A DNA stretch of 63,570 nucleotides, filler included. It is 10 parts of 10 records of this genome, joined end to end, with 100 filler letters (N's around TTAATTAATTAA, not from the genome) between each part and the next. Parts side by side here need not be neighbours in the genome. Positions count along the whole stretch, not along the records: positions 41,055 to 50,926 come from SRR7504441_9323; positions 51,027 to 54,265 come from SRR7504441_9327; positions 54,366 to 60,404 come from SRR7504441_9330; 7 more parts are not named here. One strand, written 5' to 3'. Each line of letters starts with the position of its first letter. Position 1 is the stretch's first letter. Of the stretch, positions 45,132 to 55,884 are shown in pieces. The notes under the pieces are model-generated. The model saw only the letters and a list, made by a program, of their open reading frames with translations, searched no databases and was not told where the DNA came from. A program made the position numbers and the translations under genes.

Positions 45132-46334
45132 CTACGCGGCATCATCGTGGTGGTGGTGGCAAAAGGAAACTCGGGGCGGAGTGGCCCCGGCATCCCAAAT
45201 TGTGTAAAAGTTCTGCAAGAAAGCATGGCCGAGGATGCTGACACTAGCAGCACCCTTGAAAGCTGGGCCAAAGCACGAGGGCTCAGGAGATTCCTTAAAC
45301 ATTGTAAGACCGGGGTTGAGGGGATCTACATATTGAGCAGGTTTGAGAATGTGTGTCTGACCACCAAACGAGAACTTGATGTCTGGGCATGAAGCCAAAG
45401 CATTGGCACCGAGGGAAACCTGGCCTTTCGCTTGACCAAAGCCAAGAATCATGAATCCTTTACTGGAAGGGAAGATTGATTCTAGGGTGGAGCGAGGTAG
45501 CATGATCAAAGAGTCTCCAGTATCAAGGATAGTGGCGCTGGCATTCGCAGGTAAGGTGTTTGAGTAGTAACAGGTTTCAGCAGCCGGTTCATTTGCCTCA
45601 ACCTTAGCCATCGAGATAATCCAGTAGCTCGGGGGTGACGTTGAGTCGGCGGTGGGTGCTGCTGCGATTGTGCTAACCCAATGTTGGGGCTCGCCAGTGG
45701 GCAACAGTGCATTGTCCCATCCACCAAGGGTTATCTGCCCGTCTGCACCTGATGCGGTACGTTTCATTGACAGTGCGAAAATACTCTTTGGCACACTCCA
45801 AGTTGACAGGACACTTTGGGCTGCTCCAGAGACCAAACCTTGGAACCCGAGCCCAAGGATGCCAGTGTCGTGCTGTCCATCAGCCGCCCCTAGATAAACC
45901 TTCCCGATGGTCTTGGTGTCTATACTCATGGTGGTCACTCCAACCCTGCCCATCACAAAACCACTGCCGTATTGTGTGAAAAAGAACGACTTGTCCTTTG
46001 GTAAGCCAGCCCACGAAGTGTCATGTGCGCTGTCAAATGCAGCCCAGGTGTTGGAAGACCCCGTGTCGCACAAAAGGACTCGCTGTTGGGGTGGTGTGCC
46101 GAGGCCCACCTTTGCGTAGAACGCGACCGGCGGCTTGCTTCCCTCCTGCACTTCTTCTGTGGTGACCAGGAGCTTCTCATCGGCTGCAGCAGGTTGGCGG
46201 TGTGGTGGGGTGCGCTGTGATGGTTGGCGCGTAAGGGGAAGATGAATTGCAAAGTCCTCCTGAATTCCTGGCAGGTTGCTAGGTTCCGCTGACGGCGTGT
46301 CGGCCGCTTGCGGGCTCGATGGAGTGCATCCCAT
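45132..46334 (-). CDS. Pepsin-family (A1) aspartic protease with N-terminal MGC acylation motif
   Basis: LGTPPQ....LCDTGSS, YGSG, GILGLG, ILDTGD, ILGHAFL motifs; no signal peptide; intronless. Confidence 0.9.
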   Translation of the reverse strand: MGCTPSSPQAADTPSAEPSNLPGIQEDFAIHLPLTRQPSQRTPPHRQPAAADEKLLVTTEEVQEGSKPPVAFYAKVGLGTPPQQRVLLCDTGSSNTWAAFDSAHDTSWAGLPKDKSFFFTQYGSGFVMGRVGVTTMSIDTKTIGKVYLGAADGQHDTGILGLGFQGLVSGAAQSVLSTWSVPKSIFALSMKRTASGADGQITLGGWDNALLPTGEPQHWVSTIAAAPTADSTSPPSYWIISMAKVEANEPAAETCYYSNTLPANASATILDTGDSLIMLPRSTLESIFPSSKGFMILGFGQAKGQVSLGANALASCPDIKFSFGGQTHILKPAQYVDPLNPGLTMFKESPEPSCFGPAFKGAASVSILGHAFLQNFYTIWDAGATPPRVSFCHHHHDDAA

Positions 46335-46388
46335 CTAAGATTGTGCTAATTTTGCCGTTAAAATTTTCCGTTTCTCATTCCAGGGCTC

Positions 46389-48806
46389 ATGGCCAGTGCG
46401 GAGAACGACGAGAAGGCCTCGGAGCAGGTGGCGCCCGGCCCGGGGGAGCCGCTCACCCCGGATGTGCTGACAGCTGCTCGATGCCCCGCCAGCGTGGGCT
46501 GCCAGCGTCACCTGGGTGGATGGCGAGTGCAGCATGACCCTCCCGGTGCGCGCTCGGGGCCTGGCCGGCCCTGACTGCCGCAGGACGCGGAATCCACGCG
46601 GGACATCACCGTCACCCCGATGCAGGAGCGGGGCCTCGAGGTCAAGGTGCGCCCACCAGCCGCTGCCGCCCGGAGCGGCTGCAGGTGAAGGAGGAGGCCT
46701 GGATCCTCCAGTTGCCCGCGCGGATAGAGGACAGCCGAATCTCGATACAGTTTGACACACACCTCCGGGTGCTCCGGGTCCGGCTCTCCGATAAGTCGGT
46801 GGAAGAGAGCGCCGGCGCCCTGGAGCGGATGAGACTCAAGGTGCCCCCCCGGCCGGCTGTGCCGACCGGCGACAGGCGGACGAGAACGCCGAGTTGGATC
46901 GGACTTGGTGCGACCGGCGGGCCATGTTTGGCGAGAGTACCCGGCGCGCGCTGGCCAGCCATCACGGGAATGGCAGTGTGTGAGTTTGTTCCACTCCGGC
47001 TTTCGCCAGACGAGCGCGCAACGCTCAAGGTGTCTCTTTCTCACGGCGCAGCCGAGGCGCTGATTGGCTCCCAGGTGGTCCAAGGCGCGCTCGAGGTGTC
47101 GGAGTACACGGATGTGGTGGATTGCTACCACGGGATGAGCCTGCAGGCCTCTGGGTACCGCGGGTTTGGCTTCCACGGCGGCGGGCTCGGATACGGGACA
47201 CGGTCGTCTTCATCGACCAAGGCCAACAAGATCGTCGCCCAGCTCGAGGACATGCTGGCCACCTGCAGCGGGCTGGAGCTGGCCAGCCATTATAAGCGCG
47301 GCAAGGCGCTGGTGTGTGGTAATTCTTTCAGGAGCAACGCGGAGTTCTTTGGCGAAGCATTCGAACTTTCCCGGAGGCGAGCACTCGTCTGATCCCGGCT
47401 GAGCCACCCGCAGGTTTAAAGTCACCAATCCGACCCAGATGCGCTCGAGCTACGGCAAGATGATGTACATGCTGCAGGATTCGCGAGCCGGCGGTGGCTC
47501 GAGCTGTGGCGTGCCTGAGCGGAGCGCAGATCCTCTCGGGTTTGAACTTGTTTACCCCCTCAGGACAGTGCATTCGCTGTTGGCCGACAAGGGCGGGCTG
47601 GAGCTCCTAGCGGATCCGGATCTGGAGGCGGCCACCACCCCGATTTTGTTTGAAGATCCGGAGCAAATGAAGCAGGAGGCTGAGCGTAAAGCCGAAGCCA
47701 AGACGAGGCTTTGCTCAGCGTACGCTTCTAATACTCTCTCCAGGCAGTGCAGCCGCGCCGGCTGGGACTCAGGCTGCCGGCTACAGCGATGACATCGAGC
47801 AGTGCCTCTACTCGATCAGCGATGGGATGACTTATGCCGCATCAAACACTCGCCCGGTGATCCTCCCGTTTGACTGCACGGATGAGCAGCTGCAGGTTGC
47901 CAAGATGATCAGCTATCTAAAGAAATACTTCGGAGGTGACGTCCCGAGCAAATACTCACTCGCCATCCGGAGCGGTTGTTGGGCATGCCTGGTCATTTCT
48001 GAGCCTTGCTCACAGGCCGGGGCGGGTCGTGTTTGTCCCACAACCACACCACGCAATACACGTTCGTGCTCCAGTCGCTCACACTGTGGCGCGAGATCAT
48101 GTCCAAGCTGTACCGGTGCTGGCACGCCGCAGACGCTGACCTGCTCTCTGCGCGGCACACATACCGTCTGGTCAACACCGGACAGGTTCCGATCAGCTTG
48201 GCCCGGGCCTGATTGCCGCTGATCTCAGGGCCTCAACCGAGTGCAGTCAGCCCCAAATGTCTCGCACTTGATGCAGTCCATATTGTCTAAAGTGCAGCGC
48301 GAGGTGAGTGATTGCTGCTGGGCGTGACTGACACGGCTGTGTCAGGCGGGGGGCTGGGTCGGGCTGAGTGTGGTTCACCTTGGGGATCGCGACGTGCCGA
48401 ACGCGCTGTGGTTTATTGACAAGTATAACCAGGTTCCGGGCCGCTAAATCGGGCCTCGAGTGCTGGGCTAGGTGCCTCTGATTCTAGGTCCGCTGGCCAA
48501 TGTGCTCGAGCAATTGGACGAACTAGCAACAGACCCCGGTGCGTAGCGGCTCACGAGCTGCCGGCTCTCACGCACGTTACAGGGGTGGCTGGATATTTGG
48601 AGCGGATGTTTGGTGGAGTTCACGAAGCCAAGATGGAGATCCTGTGCGATTTCTTCAAGCACGCGTTTGATGGGAGCGGAGACGATGGCGGGTCGTGCAT
48701 TGATGGCCGCCTGACTTCGGCATGGAACTGGTGCTCAAAGATTTCAAAGAAAAAATACTACAATGTGTTCCTGCTTGCCGGCTTTAAGTCATTCGACGGA
48801 GCTTAG
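46389..48806 (+). CDS. UPF0652/DUF2009-family protein with N-terminal HSP20/CS-like domain
   Basis: FVPLRL...ER..L....[78 protein letters not shown]. About 13 short introns link the N-terminal exons in frame. Confidence 0.88.
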
Positions 48807-49065
48807 AGAAGCTTGCGTGGAGCTTACAGGCCGCTATAGAGAAAACAAGTCTTGCACGAGTTTAAAATGTTGATTTCAATTGACTCTTTAATTAATGGTT
48901 TAATAAAATAAGACAGAGAGCATTTGTCTAGTTTACATGTACGTATCACGTGCTATCTGGTACTAATCTGGTACCATGTGCAAAGTCATGACACAACCAT
49001 TCACGTGCACGCGCTAACCCGGCGGATTATAAGCCCAATAGTGGATACCATCTTGGGCAATGTAC

Positions 49066-50496
49066 CTAGAACGGCTTGCCCATATTAACATTAGACCCCT
49101 TCTCGTTGATTGCGAAGTAGCATTTGCACCACTCACGCTTGTCCGCCTCCTTCAACGAGAGCGTTGGCATCACACTACCCCAAGTGCGTCAGTATCCCCT
49201 AAACCAGACCCAAGCTACTCACCAGCCTGTTAAATGCTTCTCCCATTTCTGCAGCTGTGCGATAAACGCTACATTTACCTGGTCCCTCCGCATCAAGCCA
49301 CCATGTGCAGTTACAGCCACCCGGAGCTCCTTCCGACGCGAGGCCACTAACTCAAACGCCTCCTTAAGACTAATTCCGCAGTGCTTCATCACGAACGCAA
49401 TCACCAAGGCCCCAGAGCGCGACTGCGGCACCCCTCAGCTCTGCCTGGGCGGCCACGGCGCCTGGCCATGCTGGCAGTGGATTAAGACCCTGGCGCGTGA
49501 GCCCATCTGCTTAATCGCATCCTCTATGTACTCGCAGACTGGCTCAAAGTACGGCTGAAGAAACGCATCCAGTGCGTCCACCTGGTTTGGCTCAGCAGAA
49601 ACTCGGGGGGCGACCGACCACATCAACAAAGTAGCTCGAGGAGCACGCGTACGGCGTGGCGAGCGGCGAGTCGTTCAGACTGAACACGACGTGGCTGAAT
49701 TGGTTGAACGGCATCTCGTCCATCATGGCCACACCCTTCCTCGAAGCTATGTACCTGCCGGGCCGCTCGGCCAGCCGATCAGATGAGCGCACAGCAAGTC
49801 GTCCAGCACGCAGTCTGGCGGGTGCACCGGCTTCTTGAACAGCCGACGCATCTGCGCCCGGGCTCACGGCAGCACGATTGCCACCGCCACCTGATTCATG
49901 GCCTGCTCGTCTTTACTCTCGGGCCGGGCCCGGGTGCTCCCGTCGGCGTTCAGCTCGAACTTGGTCAGGTCCACCCCGGCGCTTCGACTCACCTGGTGCT
50001 CCTTCTGATCCATCCTCCGGCCGTTGTTGGCTGCCGCAATCCGCTGCTGCGCCAGCGTGCACCCGGGATTCACCCCCGCCACCGGCCGCTGGTGGGTCGG
50101 CGGAGCGCGCTTCTCTCCGAATATGTCGTACGGCTGGCTGGCGTTGGCCGGCGGTTTGCGCTGGCTGGCGGCTGAGGTATTGCCCGCCGCAGATCGCTCG
50201 TTCCTGATCTCCCGGCGAAGGCCGCTGGACAGAACAGAATCGGACTGACTAGCCGGCGCTCGGGCGGCTGCCGGCTTGGCTGCTGGTTTGGCTGCGGAGG
50301 CCTTTGCGGGCTGGCGGGCTGCCGGCTTGGTTTGGGCGGGTTTGGCTGGTGCCGCAGGCTGGGCGGGCTGGCGTGCGGCGGGTTTGGCCGGGGCGCGAGC
50401 AGCAGCGCTGCGGTTGCGCGGCTTGTCGTCCAAGCCGAGCATGTCGTTCACCCGAGCTTCCCAGAAAGGCGTCAGGGGCTCTCTTTTCGGAGCCAT
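49066..50496 (-). CDS. Dual-specificity protein phosphatase with P/A/K-rich N-terminus
   Basis: Catalytic VLIHCQHGQSRS is restored only by removing GC-AG intron 49423-49461. N..F..QL..WE motif downstream. Confidence 0.9.
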
Positions 50497-50570
50497 TGCC
50501 GCTGTCGTCCCCGGTATACCGTCGGAGCAGTTGCCAACGGCAGAACGGCAAGAGTGACGAGCACAAGAGC

Positions 50571-50926
50571 ATGCACGTTCCAGTGAGGCTCCTGCTCCTG
50601 CTCACGGGCTCAGCTGCGGCCGAGCCGTTGTTCCGGGTGTTGGCGCAGTCCCCGTCGGAGGCCTATCTGAGCTGGCTCAACAGCTCTCTACTGCTCGGCC
50701 CGGCGGCCAGGCTGGTGGCCGGGCCCCCCGTCCAGCTCGAGTCGGCCGAATCCGGGTTCCGGGCCGGCGACCGGCTGCTCACGGTGCCTCGGACGATGAT
50801 AGTGACCGCCAGGTGGCCTGCTGCGCGCCTGCTCCTGACCCTGTGTTGCTGGCAGTGACATCCGGACGGAGTTACCCCAGCTGCAGCTGCTGGCGGGGGG
50901 CGGCACCGAGCTGGAGTGCCTGGCGG
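50571..50926 (+). CDS. SET-domain-like protein with N-terminal signal-like peptide (3'-partial)
   Basis: YLSWL...FRAGDRLLTVPRTMIVT resembles the N-SET of LSMT/SETD3-type enzymes; one 43-nt intron. Confidence 0.5.
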
Positions 50927-51026
50927 NNNNNNNNNNNNNNNNNNNNNNNNNNNNNNNNNNNNNNNNNNNNTTAATTAATTAANNNNNNNNNNNNNNNNNN
51001 NNNNNNNNNNNNNNNNNNNNNNNNNN
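50927..51026. other. Artificial contig spacer
   Basis: 44N + TTAATTAATTAA + 44N. Confidence 0.98.
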
Positions 51027-51420
51027 AGCAAGGGTGCCGCTGCTGGATCAGCCCAGTCAGCTCTTCCTGGTCTGCGATCCACACCCGTGTGGCCAGCCCT
51101 TCCCGGCCCTCCCCCAGCGCGTTGCGCAGCATGTCCTCCGCATACTCGCGCTCCCAGCTGCCGGTTGTCGGCCCGACTGCCGCCACAAACACGTCGGCGC
51201 GCAGCTCGGCTGCGATATTCTTCCCGATCTGATCCCAGCCGGGCCACCCGTCAGGGTTCAGCCGGCCGGAGAGCACGAGTGCTGTCTTGGGCGCGCAGCT
51301 GTAGTTGGCCGGCACCAGGTCCGCGTCAAAGAAGGTGCTGCACGGCTTGGGCCGCCCGACACAGCCCCCAAGCAGCAGCAGCAAGCTGCCCAGCACCCGC
51401 CGGGGGTCCTTGAGCAGCAT
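51027..51420 (-). CDS. Secretory-pathway protein, possibly glycosyltransferase-like (3'-partial)
   Basis: Hydrophobic N-terminus followed by KTALVLSG...NI...L.ADVF pattern. Confidence 0.45.
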
Positions 51421-51545
51421 TTCCGGACGGGAGGATTTTCGGAGAGCGATTTCGAGCGAGAATGGCAAAGCCGGACGAGAGCCAGGCCAACCCGGGGCTG
51501 TTCCAGCGGCTAGCCGAGCGGAACGGCGGGGCGCCCGAGGGGGCG

Positions 51546-52490
51546 ATGGCGGAGCAGCCGGCGGCCGCGGGGGTCCGGACCGTGCTGCGGGTCAAGCGCA
51601 AGCGGTGCGAGGAGGCCGAGGAGGTGTTCGTGCTACAAGCCGAGAAGCGGCCCACCACCCTGGCCGCCCAGCTGGACGCCGCATCGCTGCAGCCGGCCCA
51701 GCCGGGGCGCAAAGTGTTCCGCCGGGTCGTCTCGGGCGCCCACGCCGCCCGACTGGCTAAGCGCTGTGTCAAGGGCCAGACTGTGGACGGCTCACTCAAA
51801 GATTCGCAGACCGGCCGACGGGCCGGGGAGGCCGCCCGGCGCAAGCAAGCGCGCACCGCGCAGATCCGGTCGTCGCGGTACGCCCAGTGCGGCGAGACTG
51901 TGGTGACGGAGGACTCGATGCGGGTGATTGATATCGAAAAGTCCGAGGGCGAAGGGGCCAGCCGGGCGCCGGAGCTGCTCTGCAACGGGAGCCCGATGGT
52001 GCGGGAGCTGGTGGATTCGGAGGAGGCCGACGAGTGGGTGTTTGACTTCTACGAGCTGGACGAGCAGGCTGGCAGCAGGTGTGCAGGTGCCGAATGAGCA
52101 GGCCGGTGAGTGTGGGGGTGCAGTGGGGAGGTGGAGGCCGAGGTGCTGACAGTGGCCTATCTGGACGAGAACGGCGAGCTGGTGTGCGAGGACGCGGTGG
52201 ACAGCGACGACGAGCCGTTGCTCTGCGACGACGAGGATCCGGATGCCCAGGCGCGCCAAGTCGGAGGCGTGTGTTGAGCTGGGGCTGTGCAGGAATGGGA
52301 CTACCCGGATGAAGACGAGGCTGACGATGAGGAGCAGTGGTGGGGCGGCGGCGACGAGGGCGGGGCCGGGCTGTCGAGCGACGACGACGATCTGGATATC
52401 TACAAGCGCTCGATGTATAATCAGCGCGAGGAATACCACCACGAGGCATTCGATGACGCTGGCTCTGATGGCGGCATGGGCGATTATTAA
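51546..52490 (+). CDS. Iwr1/SLC7A6OS-like RNA polymerase II nuclear-localisation protein
   Basis: VLRVKRKR, EWVFDFY, acidic tail with DYPDE. Introns 52079-52123 (GT) and 52251-52292 (GC). Alternative start at 51462. Confidence 0.78.
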
Positions 52491-52814
52491 GAGCACCGGG
52501 TGGCGCCGCCTTAAAATCCAGTACACTAAAACGTAGATACACCGCCCCATCTTGTCCATTCCTGCGTGAACAGTGCAACGGGCACTCCCGCACTTACGCA
52601 CTCCTCCGTCAAATATGGAGGATGTCTTCTCAACGCTCACTTCTTCCACAACTTAGACGAGCTACTTAGATATCGTAGATAATTACGGCCTAGAGCAGAA
52701 ACGCGGAAAGCTCAATGTACAGTACGCATAGACCGGTACCTGCCGTGTAACGGAACCGGCATCATCAGGTCTCCCGGGACTGGCCGTGAGTAGCCACACG
52801 GGAGCGACTCCTCC

Positions 52815-54187
52815 ATGAAGCGCAAGCTGGGGACAGTCTGCGTGCACGCTGGGGAGCAGATCCACCCTGGGTACCCCTCGGCCCAGCCGGCCGCTCACCC
52901 GCGTGCAGCGGACACGGGGCCATCGTCACCCCGATCGTCACAGCCAGCAGCTTCATATCGCCGGGTCCCGGGTCCGACCCCGAGTTCTGCTACGCCCGCT
53001 GCCAGAACCCGACTCGGCTGGCCTACGAGACCGCGCTGGCCGAGCTGGAGGCCGGGGCGTGCTGCTGCGCCACCGCCTCGGGGCTGGCGGCAATCAGCCT
53101 GGCGCTCGACTTGTTGCCGAGTGGGGCGCACGTGCTGGTACATTCGGGGGTGTATGGCGGGACCCACAGGCTGTTCGAGACGGTCCGCCGACCGGCCGCC
53201 GGGAATCAGTTCAGCTACGTCGATTTGACCGACCTCGAGTCGGCGCGCGCTCAGGTGCGTCCCGAGACGGCGATGATATGGGCGGAGAGCCCCACAAACC
53301 CGTTGCTGCAGCTGCTGGACTTGCCAAAGATCTGCAGCTGGGCGGCCGAGCTGAGCCGGGGCCGGGCGCAGCCGATTCTGGTGGGCGTTGACAATACGTT
53401 CTGCACTGGCTGGAACCAACAGCCGCTCTCTATGGGGGCGCACCTTAGCGTGCTATCGGTGCTGCCGTCTGGCTGATAGCCCAGCTGAGCGTGCGGGACA
53501 GACCAGCAAGTATATCGGGGGGCACTCGGATCTGATCGGGGGCGCGGTGGTGGTCAATGAGCCTGAGCTCGCCGCCCGCGCCCGACAGCTGAGCAAGGCA
53601 GTCGGGGCTGTCCAAGGCCCGTTCGATTGCTACCTTGCGCTCCGTGGGATGAAGACCCTCGCGATACGGCTCGAGCGGCAGAGCAGCAACGCGCTCCGGC
53701 TGGCCGAGTGGCTCACCTCTGACGCGAACCCACTGGCTGGAAAGCTCGCCGAGGTGTGCACTGGGGGTCGGGGCGATTCGAGCAGGGGCAGGTCCGGTAC
53801 CCTGGGCTGAGCAGCCACCCTCAGCACGAGCTTTGCAAGGCCCAGATGCGGTCGGGCGGGGCGGTGGTGACTGTGCGGCTGTGGGTGGCGCCAGAGATGG
53901 CCGAGGAGTCCCAGGTGGAGTTAGTCGGGCGGTTTGTGGGTCAGCTGAAGGTGTGGACACTAGCTGAGAGCCTGGGTGGGGTGGAGAGCATGGTGAACCA
54001 TTCGGCCAGCATGTCGCACGGAGGGATGAGCAGGGAACAGCGGGCCGAAATCGGTAGCAGGCACACATGCGGGCTGGGCTGAGGGAGGTTTGCAGGGATA
54101 TTCGACACGACGCTGCGGCTGAGCGTGGGGATTGAGGACGTGGAGGACCTGATTCAAGACATCCAACGTGGCCTCGAGGCGCTCTAG
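52815..54187 (+). CDS. Cystathionine gamma-lyase/synthase family PLP enzyme
   Basis: YAR..NPTR, ASGLAAI, YGGT, ESPTNP, VDNTF, STSKYIGGHSD (PLP Lys), LRGMKTL, LAESLGGVES, LRLSVGIE; four GT-AG introns. Confidence 0.95.
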
Positions 54188-54265
54188 CCGAATAAACCTA
54201 AGTAAGCGGCATCTAAGCGGCATCCTTGGTGACGGGTGAGCACGCTCACTAGCTCGCTTACTAAG

Positions 54266-54365
54266 NNNNNNNNNNNNNNNNNNNNNNNNNNNNNNNNNNN
54301 NNNNNNNNNTTAATTAATTAANNNNNNNNNNNNNNNNNNNNNNNNNNNNNNNNNNNNNNNNNNNN
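54266..54365. other. Artificial contig spacer
   Basis: 44N + TTAATTAATTAA + 44N. Confidence 0.98.
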
Positions 54366-55884
54366 GCTGGTTGGGCACCGCGTATGGGTCCAGGGATTTG
54401 GGGCCGGTCTTGTGGAGAAGTTTGAGAAGGTATTGGCTCGCCTGAGCCCGCATTCGGCTTACTGGGCTTGTCTGGGGGTTGGCAGGCATGGGTTGGGTTT
54501 GGAACTAGTACGCACACCGTCAGATTTGACAGCGGACAAACTGAGAAGGTGGCATAGCCGCGGGCCCGCACCTGGTCACGCGTCAGTTGTAGGTCAAGCT
54601 CCGCAGGCACGGGAACGGCAAGACACCCTTCATCCTGTTAACAGCGCCCAAGTGAGTCATATGCCCCTGCTGTTCAGTAGTCTTGACTGTTTGCCTCCAG
54701 CGCAATAGCTCGGCCGGCGAAGACCGTCTTCCGATATGTCGTGGATGAAGGCTCTGAGTCTGGAAGCGAACCCGTAACCCCCTCAGAAGCCTCAGCGGTG
54801 GCACCAAATCTAATTCCCGGAGCCACAGAGGGATGCGCTGAGCCGGTGTGCCCACCTCCTGGCGCGACGTTAATGAGTTCTCTTAGATGGCTGTAGCCCC
54901 TGGGTCATTAGTAGAGCACCTCGAAGGCCAGGCATGGAACATGTGCGCACGCATTGCCGATCCTCAGGTGCTGGCTCGTCCTTACCTTGCGCTAAGGTGG
55001 TGTGTTGCAGAATCCCGCTTACGCCAGCAGCGCACTCAGCGAGAGCCTATCTGAGAGTCCTTCCTATGCTTTCAGTTGCACTCCACCCGAATCACAGCGC
55101 ATGACGACCGACTTAAGCATTCCTCAGGAGGCAAGCGACGATACGGGACCGACCAGTGGTCCGATGGATATACCTCAAGGTTGTGATGACGGAGGGATAT
55201 GTCGCGTAGACCACCTGCTATCAGAATCTGGCACCATCTTCACTCCTGGAGAGCACAAGTGGATATTGGAGGTGAGCCCTTGCCATTTTGAAGATATTGA
55301 GGTGAGGTCCTTGCCACAGGCTTCGCCACCCCAGAACGAGGCTTTCCTCAGTATGTTCCACGCTGGGCCTCCGGGCCAGACCGTTGGAGAACGGTAATCG
55401 CCTCCAAGGCACGAAAACCAAGAATAAGAAACCCGCGGATACAGTTTAGTTCGAGCTGACACTAGCATGAGAGAAGCACCCTCAAGAGAAATCTCTGTTT
55501 GTGATGTAATTTCATCAATTTCAGCACACTGCAACGCAACAATGGCGGAGCCGGTTAGGAGCCAGCTCCGCCTGCCACTCTAACAATTACGTGAGCAACT
55601 GTCGCACGGCCCACAAGGCGCGTGCCAATGTCTTATTTAGTATCATCGCTGATTGAATCATTGTATGATTTGGCACCCTCATCAAGCTTGCCGCTATTTA
55701 AGTCTACCGGTATTGATAATTTTGCAAATAGACTTGCAAGCGCACTGAATCATCCATGTGCTTGAAATGTGGTCACGTGCGCTTTGACGCGAATCGCGCA
55801 AATCATCTCAGTGGGCAGAGATAACTGCAGAGATCAGCCTCGATGCTCATCTTTATTTATATTTAGCCGTGAGTTGGGAGTTGA

